Assembly: GCA_051362555.1 (NCBI GenBank)
Contig: CM120644.1
Span: 3,418,954-3,482,953, forward strand
Length of the DNA stretch: 64,000 bases
Source of the DNA: Lingula anatina
Lineage: Eukaryota > Animalia > Brachiopoda
Reading direction: 5' to 3'
This document shows positions 27,152 to 40,670 of this stretch, one piece after another. The stretch's first letter is position 1, and each line of letters begins with the position of its first letter. Both the position numbers and the translations under genes were made by a program. The notes beneath the pieces were generated by a model. The model was not told the DNA's origin, ran no database searches, and saw only the letters and a list, made by a program, of their open reading frames with translations.

Positions 27152-27840
27152 GGGGCCGGTTTCACAAAGCAGTAGTTAGTTAGCGATCGGTAGTTAGCCT
27201 CTCGCTAGTTATAGTGCCGTTTCACAAAGCAGTCGCTAGTTCTCTCGCTCGTTATTGTCTCGTTGTTGCCTTGGATATTTAACGACTGGTCAGACCAGTC
27301 GCTAACTCTAGAGTTTCATCGTACGCATGCGTAATGAGTGAAATAAAAAGGTTGCTTAGTTACCATTGTCTGTCGTTTGTCTTTGTATCCAATATGGCGG
27401 CTACTTTTCTTGCTATCCGTACCGCCAGACGGCAACGTAGACTACGACGTTTTCATGAAAGGCAGAATCTATTAGAATATACACACGATGATGCAATTTA
27501 CGAGAGGTTGCGCCTAGCTGTGACAAAAAGAGGGGCAAAAAGGTGGTGGAGATCCTTTACGACGACCTCAAAGCAGACGTTCTTATGCATTTCCAGCCAC
27601 CAAAAATTGGAGAGTTAGTGCTTTCGTGACACTTTTACGGAAGAGTTCCACTTCCGGCAGACGGTTTCGAGACTACGGTGAGTAACGAGAGAACTAACGA
27701 CCGAACTTTACGACTGAACTTAGCGATGAGTTAACGACTGCTTCGTGAAACACCCCTCAAAAATCGCTAAGTTTTCTCGTTAGCGAGGTAGTTCAGTAGT
27801 TAGTTGTTCTAACTAACTACTGCTTTGTGAAACCGGCCCC
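27152..27840 (+). mobile_element. Internally deleted PIF/Harbinger element
   Basis: Perfect ~32-bp TIRs ggggccggtttcacaaagcagtagttagttag / ctaactaactactgctttgtgaaaccggcccc; internal MAATFLAIRTARRQRRLRRFHERQNLLEYTHDDAIYERLRL resembles the N-terminus of HARBI1-type transposases. Confidence 0.82.
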
Positions 27841-30800
27841 ATCTTTGAAACCTGTATGAGAACAACAATACATCATAATAATCATTCATATATATGCTAA
27901 GTATGAATATTAAAGGTTGAAATGCTGCAAAGTCATTGAAAAGTGCTGTGTGAATAGCCTCTAGGTGTCTGACTGAAAATTTTGATGTCATTGTTTAGAA
28001 CTAATGTTTCCCATGGACCTGGTTTAGATCTCGCTGTAGGTGGTCAAATAACTGCTTTGTAATTGCAAATAATTTGAGGTAATCGGAGCATTTATTTCTT
28101 TAAACATAATCTTTAAAGATACTGGTTCCAATCAAATTTTTTTCATGCATTTGAAATGTAGTGAAATGTCCTTAATGAACTTAAACACATCTTTTATATC
28201 ACTATCTTTTAAAAACAATTTCAATTTTTCTCAATCACTTTTGTCTTTCAGTGTTGTCCTTATATTTTCCCTTATCATATCACATCCCAGTAAATACTGG
28301 TAGCAAATACACAAAACAAAACAGACAGAATATTTAGAAAAGCTTGTATTAATGGTCTGAATAAAATATAAGTTTTTTAAAGCCTTGTGTGAATACACTT
28401 ATGTGGAAACAATGGAAGGTGGTTTATCCACTAACGGCAACCTATCTCGGCAGCAACATCTCTGCAGGCACATTCAATAGGCACATAACACATCATTATA
28501 ACGTGGGAACACAAATAATTCATGACCAAAGGTAATAAAAGTTGCATGACAACTGAACAGAAAGGTGTTGCAGGTCTGTTATATTGACGGATTGTTTGTT
28601 GATTGGATTCAGATCTGATCTAGAAGATTGGTTTTAAGTGTGGTTTTTGAGTAGAGTTTAATTAGAGAGAGACTTGGGTCTCTGCAGTCACCATAGAGCT
28701 GGGTGGTGACGGTGTTTTATTCGACACTATTTCTGTTGGCTCTATTTCCTTATAGGGATGTATTGACAAAAGATACAGTGATTCACTCTGGTTTTGATTT
28801 CCAGTTTAACTTAGCCAGAATTTTTATGTCTCTCTTTAACTTGGGACAGTAATTTTTATTCCGCTATGAAATTCATTAATCAGATTTAAGCTTCAAAATT
28901 AAGTCCTTGATTTCTAGAATTTATCTTTTGGTTTGGTATGAAGATCAGCGAGAAGAAATTCTAGTAAATACTAACAAAAAATAATTTGAATTTTTCCTGA
29001 CATATTTTGGCATAAGGAAAAAAGGAGAGACAGAGAAAGGAACTCCATTGTGACCTACACATCCGTACAGTATAGTATGAGTTGGTGCCAGTTAAAACAC
29101 ACATGATGTGGGCAGCATGGGTTATTAATGAGAATCAAAGATATACTTATTGACAAGGACACTCCAGGTGCTCTCAGAAGACCATTATTTGGATGTAATT
29201 CCAGTATTCTCAAGGAAAACAAGAACATCAGCACTGGAAAAGTGAATAAGTGCCAACTATTGGGAAAATAACTTTTTAGACCTGGATTACACTTCGATTG
29301 AGACAAAGAGAAAAGGATGGTGACTTTTTAAAATGTCCTTATGCCATGGAGCTTTTGCTCTGGAATACATCAGTGTAGGTTATTGACTAAATAAGGGAAG
29401 AACACTTTCTTGAAAATATTGTTTAGGAAGATACCAAGTTATCTGAAGAGTGATTGCATTTTGTTCTTAATTCAACCAGAATGGTAGATTGTTTTCACAG
29501 CATCACATAGAAGCTGACTTTTTTCACCTGACGGATGCTTTTTTGGCTCTTAATTGATAAAATTGCTGATAACATTTTTCTGGGCTAAGTCCTCTTTAAG
29601 GATTCACAGTAGGCTTATTATTACTAGGAAAACAATTGCAACAAAAAAACTTGATTATTAAAGATAATCGGATTGAAAGCCCTGAGCAGAAATTAAGAGA
29701 ACAGATGTCATTCTCGCTGTATTAACTGGAAACTGAGATTATCATTTAGTGCACAGTGCAGTCTCGTCCTCAGGGGCCCCTCTTGTAACATAATTAACTC
29801 AAACATCTGATATTGTCAACTGAGTGGGAAAAAAACTGAAGATAGATCTGTGGTTAAAGATATAATGAGTTAATGGGGGAAAGGACCAGATGGCAAGACC
29901 GCAGGACACACAGTCACTCCAGGGGATGGAGTTCTGAGAGGCTTCTCTGATGGGATTCTTTAACAAAAAGAGCATCCAGATGTGTTTTCTAGGGATTCTG
30001 AGAGAAACACTTTGATACCTGGGGACATATGATGTGACAATAGTGAATATCCTAGAGAATGGGTGGAACAGAAAACAAGAATACTAGAGAACTGGATACA
30101 AGATATTAGCATTATTTTATATTCCGTTACTTAGGTTGATAACTATACACAGAATCCTGGAGACAGACATATTCTCATCCTTAGGGAATGAAAAATAGTA
30201 AATTTAAATTTTTTTGTTCACTGGATGTTTGGACATATATCACAAGGCTTGGAAAGTCTCATCTCCTAACTGGACAGAGCAGGGCTATATCAGAGCAAGG
30301 GCCTGGTAGCCTGATCATTAATTAATGACAATCTACATGCACAGCAGTCAAGGAGCAGAATCAATTATGACATAACAACCTGCATTGCTTCCAATATTGC
30401 TGGTAGTGCAGAGGTAATTGCACTGTGGATCAGAGGCATACACATAAAATGTGAGAGAAAAGTAACAGCAAAGTTTTTCTCTTTCCCTATCATTTCATTG
30501 CCAAGTAGAAAATTAAACAGTGTAGTGATTATTACAGAAAATGATGGAATGTTTGGCAGTGGCCTGTGTTCCCAAGTGCCCAGCAGAGACCTGAGAAGGG
30601 CATCGAGAAATTGGGCAAACTATTTTGATACATTATCGCAAGATTTGTGGAAAATTGTTTCAATTAAAAGCTGATCGGAGAAGGGAACAAGGCATAATTA
30701 CATAAACATCATTTAGGAAATTAGGATTTTGTTTCTCCTGGACGGAGCTTAAGTGCTGTTTTTACCAATCAGACAAACCTCAGCATGGCTCTTAGTTAAT

Positions 30801-31095
30801 TTTTCAACCACCAGGTCGGAAAAAGTGGAGAGAAAATGTCAGAGGTCAGCTGAATTGGTGTCATTAATGCTAATAACACTTATATTACAAGTGATAACTT
30901 CACCATTAAGTGACCTCTACAGAGATTTCTGGACTCTGAGCAAAGGAGGTTCACAAAGAGGACACCTGGGATATTTTTGCAATTCTGTAATTTTTTGGAA
31001 AGCAAAGACGTAATTATCAAATCCAGTCATTAGTAAAATAAATATACTGAATGCTTGATCTCAAATGAGATAAGTGTAGAGTTATTTCAGAGAAA

Positions 31096-34000
31096 ATGGA
31101 AAGAGGTCATCAAGGTTCATTTGGAATTGCTTGTAACGCTGTCATTGTTGCTGGTCTTAACAAGCATGTCAAGAATATCACATCTGGCTCAGAAGAGAAT
31201 AAAATGTATCAAAGCAAAAACAATACCCCAAATACTGTAACGAGCTCCAGCTCAAAGGAAGGAGAAAAAGAAAATTTTGATAGCAAAAATAATCAGCAAG
31301 ATACTAAAGTTCGTCACTTAAAGGGAGTGAAAAAGCTCATGTTTGACAGCAAAAATAGTTTACCAAGCACTGAAGTTGTTTCTGGTGCCAAGTTGACATC
31401 GAAGGGCAGAATTAATCAGCAAACCACTGCAATCACATCTTGCTCTAAGGTGAAAGAAACAGAGACCTATGACAACAAAAATAATCAGCCAGGTTCTTGT
31501 ATAAACACTGAGAAACCTGAGCAGAGATCAGAACAGCAGACAGGAGGGAGTGACAAGCACAAACATTCTGTACATAGCCACAAGTTCATACCTCACTCTA
31601 CACAAACATACCAGGGAATAGATATACACAAACAAGGCACTGGGCTCCTGAGTAAGGACCCTGAGATGGATCGGGTTTTTGCTGTTCCAACAGGAATAGT
31701 GCTGCAGCGCATGAAGCAGCTACAGGAGGGTCATGTGGGTAGCAACAGGATTGGAAGTCGGGCTGAAAAGATTTTTGTTTTGCTCAGTCCTGGTGGTGGC
31801 TTAAGCAAGCAGAGGAGCTCCTCAGGATCAAAAAAAGGGCTGTCACATAAATATCAACTGCAAGAGAAGGCAGTTCACTTCGACGGGGATAATTCTGCTT
31901 CTTTTGGAGACTGGAAATACCACAGAAATACAAGAGATGTTAAAAAGGACGAGATTCCCCAGAAAGACGTCAGTGGAAATTTAAAAAGCAGAGTTGGTGA
32001 TATTACACGTAAAAATACCTTTGATGATCCAATTTACACAAGCCGTGACACACCTCTGACACCTTTCAAAATAAAGGTAGACTCTGGAGAAATATGCGCA
32101 AAGAAAGATCTATCTCTGCTACCACAGAAATCAAGTGTTTCAGAAGATGAGGATCCCAGCACTGGGCAAGAACCTTGTAGAGAAAACACTTCAGTGCAAT
32201 ATTTTTCAGGAACCCAGAAGTCATTACACTCACCGCCTGCCTGTAGTGTTATTATAAGGGGTGATGCAGTTGATAAAGATACCAACAGAAAAAAGCACCA
32301 AACACAGGGGAAGTCAGATGAGAGACTTGTAACTGCTCTCAGTAATATCACTGTTTGTAGCACCAAGGCACCTGAGCAAAATCACAGACATGGGTCTGGT
32401 GATGAGAAAGAAAAATATGCCCAAAATGATGATGGTTTTATAATTAGCCAAACCAAAGGTACCTCAAAATGGGGAGGCAAGACTGAGAAATATCTGGCCA
32501 GAGAAGTTGGAAAATTCAGTGCAAAAATCGAGGATTCTGAATCGGCCAAAAAACTGAATATAATTGGAACAAAGACAAAGGAAACCCAAGAGGACAATAA
32601 GACAGCCAATACAGGACCAGATGTGAAGTCAGCCAGTGACAGTAAGACTAAGCAGGCATATGGCAATTCTGTCAAAGCAAAAGCCTCACTATTTGAGCAA
32701 GCATCAAAGACTGATGTTACTGATTCTGTTGTGTCCCAACTAAAGAAAAAATTGGCTAAGAAAACTCATTGGAGCCCAAACCATTCTTCTCCTTCGTCTT
32801 CACCACAAAACAAAGGTGATTTTAGTTTTAAGAAACAACCAGAAAAATTAAAACTCCATTCCCCAGTTTCAGTTGTAAATTATATCGTGACAGCCCCACC
32901 ACCACCACCACCACCAGTGACAGAATCTGTGCCACACAACAGCATTCCCCAGGCCAGCATAAACACAGATCAGTCCGAGCAGTCAGACAGTGGGTCGTCA
33001 ACAGCCACTGGTGACACTGTCATGGGGAACACCGTCAGCTCAGATGACAGCTCCATTTCGAATGGGAAACAGCACCACCAGCACCACCCTGGAGACCCAG
33101 GGGCCAGTGCAAGGAGAGATAATTTTGCCGCCATATCCAATTCATGGTCTAGTGGCTCGAGATCCCACAGGAATTTTGAGGGTTATTATAACTGCAGACA
33201 GGCCCAAGATAAGTGGCGTCAACATTCTGATGGATTTCAAGGTCCAGGTTATTCCAACGGTTTACCCAAAAATCGGCGTTTGCACTCACCTCCTTTGCAT
33301 GACCGTTATGACCATTATTGGGGCAATGAAAGAAAACATTTAGCATGGCAGGATCACCCTTATCAAAAATTTAAGCATTCCTCTGATTATCAGGGAAAAG
33401 AGCAGGCAATATGGAAAGATGTTGAAATGGCACGAGCAAAGAACATTTCACCAGTAGACTCTGAGGATACATGGCGATATAAACATGATGGTAAGTTAAC
33501 CCAGTACCCCTCGCCACCAGCTCATGTAAGGTACAGTGATAGCAAACAGAGGGCAGATGACTTCCTATACTCTGATGTCCCGTATAATCATCATGAGGGC
33601 TATGATGCACAAGTTGGCTCCAGTCAAGAAATATGTAGTCCCTGTCAGAAATTGGACAGATACCCAGAATATTTTGAATGTGATTATCCTCGAAGAGAAG
33701 ATTCATTTTGGTCACAAAGAGAGAACCGGGACAGTGCTGTAAGAGATCAGAGAGTTGTCTATCCAGGCGACCAAGGTCTGAATTACACTGGGCATAAGGG
33801 GGTGAGATACCAGGATGATTATAGATATGACCACTTGGAAGAGAAGTACCTATTCCCAGGGTCAGTAAGTGCAGAATTCAACCCACCAAGAATGTCTGAT
33901 GGCCATATTGACTTTCGCAGCGAGCTTAATTTGACATCAGCCTATCCTGAGACAAGGGTCATCTGGGGGAATGATAACACTGATCAGAGGCATGGAAGTT

Positions 34001-36429
34001 GTGGTGCTGTGTATTCCATGCAAGATGCTGATCTGCACTCTCCTGCCAGGTTTCCTGGAACGAATGATGGCAATTATGCTAGCATAGATGCTTATTCCAG
34101 GGAGGAGGAGTCCAGTTATACCAGAGTTGAAGATGGTTTATATGAAGACAAAAGAGCACACTCTGTTGATGATTGGGGTTCTGAGAACCGTTATGCTCGG
34201 AAAGATGAAGGGGCTGATGCGATTTATGCCACTGTGAACAAATGGAAGAAACCGGACAGAGAAATTATACACGATGAAATGGGGGATGGAATTGGGACTC
34301 GAGAACTGCCATATTTGGAAGCTCAGAGCCAGGAGAGAGAAGTAGATGAAGATGGGACTAATTCCCCAAGAAGGCTATCATACCACAGTGATTTACATTT
34401 ATCACTGTCCATATCAGACAGTCAACCTAATTCTACTGGTCAAATTGACCATCAGAGTAAAAAAGGACGTCTTTTTCTTCTCACTCTATCAAATCCAACC
34501 TCGCCTACATCTGATATAGAGAAAACAGCAGGCAAGCCGGGAGATACCAATACTGGATTGACAGTTGAGGCTGTGGGTAGTGAGACATGGAAAATGGAGA
34601 CAGGAGCCAGAGGGGAATCCCTTGACAGAGAATTGAAAAGTGCTGTGAAGGCGCAGTGTGACAACAGAAGATCAGGAATGTATGTGAAAGACACATCATT
34701 AATTCTGGTCAGTGGAGACAACCCAGAAAATTTATCTGTATGCAATGATACCAGGCAAAGGCAAAATGCTGATAATTACCAGCTCTCCAAAGAGACAGGT
34801 TATCCTCCCAAGGGCACTGTTGTGAATGTGACTGCTGGTGACACCTATTGTTCAGATGGCAAACCACATGATGACCTTAACAGTTTAGATGAAAGACCGC
34901 ATGGCAACCGTAATTGTCTGGGTGAGGAGACAGGTGGTGACCCCTATAGTAGTTCACATGATTTGTATGCCCCTCCCATTTACCACACTGAAATGAACAT
35001 GCAAACTGGAGCTGCCACTGAGTGTTTTAATGGTGATTATTATGACAAATACCAGCCAATCTCTGGTGGTTCTAATGATAAAGAGGAGAACATTAATTTC
35101 AAGCCAACATCACCTTCTGTGGCAGTGATGACGGAAAAGAGCACCAAGACACAAGCTGTCGCCCCACATTACGTTCCCAGCAGTCACGAATACAAGGATG
35201 GATTTCATAACAAACTCACATCACCTAGTTATGGTAATGAGGATGCAGTGATCAGTGTCACACGTGTTGTTGGTGTAACAGATGGAAAACCAAATCAAAA
35301 GACATTGCCATGCTCTGCGTCCACGCCAGGAGTCATTTCACCTAATCGGGTGCTTAATGTTGGTGGGTGCTCTGGCTTAGAGTTAAATGGTAAGACATCA
35401 GAGACCTTAGAACCCTGTGAAGATAACAAGGGGAAAGGAATAACTGCAGAAGAGGAGGAAGTTGGTCAGTCTGATTCAGTTGAAGAAGACAACACTGTTG
35501 AAATTTATATTAACTTTCCACCTGCTGTACGGAACACTGCCAGGAAGGATCCAAACGAGAAAAAAAATTCTTCAAAGTTTGAGTCATTGCCAGCCTCAAA
35601 GATAAAAGATTCTTATAAAACAAAAACGGCCTTAAATGCTCAATTTCCACTTGATGTGTCAAGCATGAGTAGATGGAATGCTACATCTGGGGAAAGTGGG
35701 GAGAAACTAGGTAGGACTGTTATTTCCATTGAAGGTGACTCAGACAAGATAATGGAGTATGGGGATCCTATGAGAGACGATGGTTGTGAAGTCAAAGATG
35801 CAAATGCTGATTGTCGTTATGTTAGCTATTGTATGGTGAGAACTGAAATGGAAGGTGATGAAGCGGATGAACATTCACAGATGGGTATAGATTCCCCACA
35901 GAGTTGGGTCAATCAAGAAGATGGACAGTGCGAAACCACAATGCTGCAGAAAGATGACGAAGACATTGAGGAGAATCAGATAATTCATGGTCGGTCTGAA
36001 ACGAGGTCAAAAGAAACTGAAGTATATAGCAAACATGAATACCAAAAAGGTGAAGAATCCCTGTTCTCCCCACCGCCAAAACCACCAAGATCTAAACCAC
36101 CAGATAATATATCCAAGGATACAGAATCAGAATTGGCACATTACAATGGTAGTAATTTGAGTGACACGCTGCTATCAGAGCATAAAGAATTTGTGGAGGT
36201 TCTTTCTGGTTGTTCTAGCCCCCGTTTCAAAAACAAAAAGCCAAAACTACGTCAGGACCCAGGAGGCGAGTCTGAGACATACCTTTCGTATTTATCCCCA
36301 ATATTTGATTGGAAGAAATTGTTAAGGGTTCGACTCGAAGATGAGTTTTGTCATGGGGACGTTCGTTCTTTGGCCTCCAGTGGGCGGAGCACGCCATGTG
36401 AATATGCAGATAGCGATGTGGAGTGGCAG
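31096..36429 (+). CDS. Giant (1778-codon) low-complexity alternative exon of LRRFIP
   Basis: Uninterrupted 5.3 kb ORF inside LRRFIP intron 2; ends ...DVEWQ|gtagga in phase 0, compatible with the next LRRFIP exon (38039); no transposon domains visible. Confidence 0.78.
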
Positions 36430-38038
36430 GTAGGATTTGTATCAATTTATACATTTTTATATGTTTATGAGTAGGCTTCTAAAATGCAGGTTATTAGTAG
36501 GTGAGCTGGGTAAATAGTTACAGTAATCTTCTGAAGAGAGAAAAGCTTTTACATATCATTTCCTTTCTTTTGTGTTTTTTCATTTTGTATATAAGTAGAC
36601 TTTAGAATCGCAGGTATGGAAGGTGAGCTCAAAAATTAGTTTCCCTTTCAAAGGGAAAAAAGCTTTCTATTGACATATATAAAGTGTTTTGATTGACAGG
36701 CAGTTTGAAGTGCAGCCTGACACCTGCCTTAGTAACCTTTAGACATCATGAAACTACTTAAATTTTTTAATGGTCAGTACATGTCCCTTCACTAGAAAAA
36801 ATGGATATGATCAGGAAAAATTGATAATTGGTAGAAATAAGAATAACCCCCCCCCCCCCCCCAAAAAAAAGGATATGCTGCAAAAAAGTTTTTTTTCTCA
36901 TAAAGAAAGAAAAAAGAGGAGAAATGAAGGAATGAGGAAGAGAGGGTACACATAAGCCACCTTTTAATTAATAAGCAATACACATAAATCATTGAAAGAA
37001 AACAAAACAAGGAGAAATTCTATCCAGTAATGTTATTGCAAATAATTATTTTGGTTGAAGATCTGAGTTCCATGCTACATAAATTGCATGTTGAGGGTGA
37101 ATCATGATGACAACATCTGGCACCAGATATGAGAGTCCTGTGTGAACAACTGTGTCAGATCTGACTAAGAAGGGTGTGTGTTAGAATCTTGTTCCTTTTT
37201 TCTGAAGATTTTGTGAGATCCATTTGTAAACAGCTAGTTGTAATAATTTTTGAAATGGTGGTGTGATTGCAATGACATTAAATGTGTGCCCATTTAACTT
37301 GAAGCCCTCACGGTTATGAATGCACGTATGCGTGTGAGATTTTTATGCGACTATGTTTTTAAACTGCTAAGGTTGTCAAATGTATATATAAGACTGTTCG
37401 TTCAGACAAGGTTTCTTAAGACTGTATATTATTGTATCCTTATTTATGTAATAACTGGAATTAAGGTTTAGTTAATTATTTATTTTTTGGGGGGTGGGGG
37501 GTCGAGAGACTTACTTAATGTTGGCAGAAAGATTTAAGTAACTAATTACTCAGAGTGGTGACATGATTCATGAATTTCTATTTTTTAACTTTGAAAGTAG
37601 TGAATTCAGTATAATAATACAGTAGTGCTCTACTCTGGCACTGGGGTATCCAGTAACTTAAGCTTTTGTTTAGAAATGTAAGAACAGCTTTTGTTTAGAA
37701 ATGTAAGGATAATTGGGTTCTAAAGGAAGAAGGGCAGAATTAGTGCTAAATTGGCTTTAGGTACAGCTTTGCTTTAACAAGTATTGTTTTTGTCCTAAGA
37801 ATTTTTCTTTTCAAGCAGAATTGTTTATTTCAGAACAGGATTCCTTTGGTTCACTTCAGCGTTTAATTTTAAAAGCAGGAAATTAATGAAAATGTATATG
37901 TAATTTGCCTCACTTGGTATTAGCATGTTTGTTTTCTGTTAGTATTTTTGTAATTGAAAATTCTGTCTGACAGTGTTATGTTGCTGCCAAAGAAAATCCA
38001 GTATTTGTGATTAACCCTATGTTTGTGTTTCTTTCCAG

Positions 38039-38086
38039 TCTGAAGAAAAACAAGACAAACATTTTGAACTGAAAAGTCAACATACT
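38039..38086 (+). CDS. LRRFIP2: LRRFIP exon (SEEKQDKHFELKSQHT)
   Basis: ttccag|...|gtgagt, 48 nt, phase 0/0. Confidence 0.85.
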
Positions 38087-38172
38087 GTGAGTATAGGTTC
38101 TTCTGTTTGAAGCCCAGTTTTGTTAGTCTCCTTCATTTTAAGTGGATTGTGTATATATTAATGTCTTAGGAT

Positions 38173-38175
<3 letters not shown>

Positions 38176-38223
<48 letters not shown>
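38176..38223. repeat. (AC)n microsatellite
   Basis: Direct reading. Confidence 0.95.
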
Positions 38224-38227
<4 letters not shown>

Positions 38228-38437
38228 CTCGAGTCTGTTTTTACTATTTCAATTGATTTTAATCGCCAGCACTGTTGTACTCATAAATGTATTTTATTTC
38301 AGTCTTAAAATTGTGACCCCTGAACTCAAATAGGATACAGAATAATTCCAAAACCCATCTGCAAACCAAAATAAACAGCAAATAATGGTCCAAATTGTGC
38401 CACTAAACAAAATATTATTGTGTCTGTAGGCCATTCA

Positions 38438-38574
38438 CAAGTTTACCTTGAAAGCCTGTAAATTCAGAATATTTCTACTTTTACCTCTATTTGTCATGAT
38501 ATGCCAAGTTTACTTTGAAAGCCTGTAAATTCAGAATATTTCTACTTTTACCATTATTTGTCATAATATGCCAA
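38438..38574. repeat. 67-bp tandem duplication
   Basis: caagtttacYttgaaagcctgtaaattcagaatatttctacttttacc... at 38438 and 38505. Confidence 0.9.
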
Positions 38575-39032
38575 TGTTATAGTGAAAGCGGCACCTCCAT
38601 TACATAACCCTCGCAATTTTAAACCTCATCTTTCAGTTGCATAAAGGCACCAACTTGACTTTTTAGCCTCTGGTTTTTGTCCCTGTCACAAAAAATGATG
38701 TATCTAGCACTTAAGCACACCATGGCCTAGGTGGCAAAAACCTCCTTCCAGAATTTAGTGCACCAAAATCAGCATGACATACACTCTCGCCCTTTTGAAA
38801 TATTAGATAATAAGTATGACGTTAACCAACTGACTTGTACACAACACTTAGAAGAGTAATTCTAGGTTTATTTTCTCATCTTACAATTGTGATTCAACAG
38901 TCCCTTAAACTTTAGGGTAACCAATTTTTTAATCAGCACACCCATAAAGAAAATAGATGAACTATCTTGGTCGTCATTTCATTAGCTAACCAACCCTTTC
39001 TATTTCTCTCTGACCACCGTCCACTCCAACAG

Positions 39033-39101
39033 TCCACTAGTAGAATGGGGTCGTCCAGCAAGCAAGGAGCTGGTCGCAGCAGCAGTCCCGTGGAGTCTAA
39101 A
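39033..39101 (+). CDS. LRRFIP2: LRRFIP exon (STSRMGSSSKQGAGRSSSPVESK), possibly a cassette exon
   Basis: caacag|...|gtaaga, 69 nt, phase 0/0. Confidence 0.7.
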
Positions 39102-39615
39102 GTAAGATCACGCCTGATACTTGCCTGTATCGTAGCTGGCATGAGATGTAGTGGACCAGTCTACTAACCCCAGCTACCATTAACACTGGGACCTCGCTAG
39201 TATAGAACACACTTGCCATGGGCTAAAATTGGTTATTTTGGACCCTTACGGGCTCGAAGAGGACACCCTCGACGTTTACCCAGGAATATAATTTTGACTA
39301 TGTGAAATTGACGTGCCTGGTGTAATTCCCATTTTGCTTCAGTTTCATGTTGTATCTTGGGAAATTAAAACATTTTTTCATCTTTTTGAACTCTGACTTA
39401 TGAAATGGAAATTGTCCTCATTTGTTGTTTTTACCAAATTATCACCCGCTTGACACAAATTATAATTTGTCAGCAAGTTTTTAGCCTATTGGTCAAAACC
39501 TGTTAACATGCTAGTGGGGCCCCACATATTGGTGTGAAGAAGGAGGAGGAGGATGCTACGCTGTCTCAGATATAATATATTTTAACAATTTTTTTCCATT
39601 TTTTCTCTCCATCAG

Positions 39616-39720
39616 ACCACAAGTCGTATGATCTCTACTGGATCCAGTTACTCTGGATCGCGCCGAGGCAGCGATGATTCTACAGAGTCCACATCCAGGG
39701 AAGATAGGAGGGATTTAAAG
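39616..39720 (+). CDS. LRRFIP2: LRRFIP exon (TTSRM...SGSRRGSDDS...DLK)
   Basis: atcag|...|gtaccg; the SRRGS motif is conserved in LRRFIPs. Confidence 0.88.
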
Positions 39721-40055
39721 GTACCGTGATAACATCTAGCAATTATATACTTGCTATTTAAAAAGCATTTTGAAATGAAAGGAGACCCTGATTTGGTTGA
39801 AACTTAGTCAATTCTTTCACGTCTGAATTAATCTGTCCAAAGGGTTTTATTAAAATTTGTGAAAAAAAAATCGAAAATTTTTTTCCCACTAACAAACAGA
39901 CAAATAGATGATCTGCTATCATGTAAAAAGACCCTCATTGTAAATGTAAAAAAAAAGAAGATAGACAGCCATCACTGTTAATAAGCCTCCTTTTTGATGA
40001 AATTAACGAATTTTGAAATTGAAGTCAAAATTTGAGGTTTTCTGTCCCATTTCAG

Positions 40056-40226
40056 AACACACTAGCGGAGCTAGAAGAAAAATACAAGAAGGCGATGATG
40101 ACAACTGCTCAGCTGGACAACGAGAAACAAGCCCTGGTCTATGAGGTGGACCTGCTCAAAGATAAAGTAGAGGAACTGGAGGAAACTATGTCAGAGGCAC
40201 AGAGAGAGTGCAAGGATAGGACGAGA
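40056..40226 (+). CDS. LRRFIP2: LRRFIP coiled-coil exon
   Basis: [36 protein letters not shown]...KDRTR|gtgagt. Confidence 0.95.
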
Positions 40227-40577
40227 GTGAGTGAGGGAATTGAGGCAGGGTTGGGGGGGGGGGGTCTGGCTTTAGCTTGGTAGAAATAGGGGAAATAGAT
40301 TATTAGGTTTGGATGAAAATGCCTTGCACTAAAGAGAATAGGGTTACTTTATGTAATTCTTTAAAGGTATGTTATTCCTTTCGTCCCTTAATTACTTATT
40401 GATATGTACTTAGCATTAGCAACTACTATAGTTATGAAGTATTACATGTAATTAACAGTAAAACCAGTACTACACTTCAGGAACGGTTTCAAAAAATCTT
40501 TCAACTGTTGTTCTTGTTGAAGTCAAGTATGTCAAAACCAATTTATATTTAATGCTGATTGCTCTTTCTTTTGCTAG

Positions 40578-40670
40578 GAATTAGACATGCAAAAAAGGGA
40601 TTTTAAAGAAGTACAGAGGGAATTTGCTGTTCTAAAAGTACAGTTAGAGCAAAGAGATAAACTTATAGAG
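40578..40670 (+). CDS. LRRFIP2: LRRFIP exon
   Basis: ctag|ELDMQKRDFKEVQREFAVLKVQLEQRDKLIE|gtaagt. Confidence 0.9.

Noticed and set aside
31096-36474. Giant ORF as retroelement or viral insertion
   Set aside because: No RT, integrase, gag, transposase or capsid motifs, and no LTR/TIR/TSD seen; it ends in an in-phase splice donor
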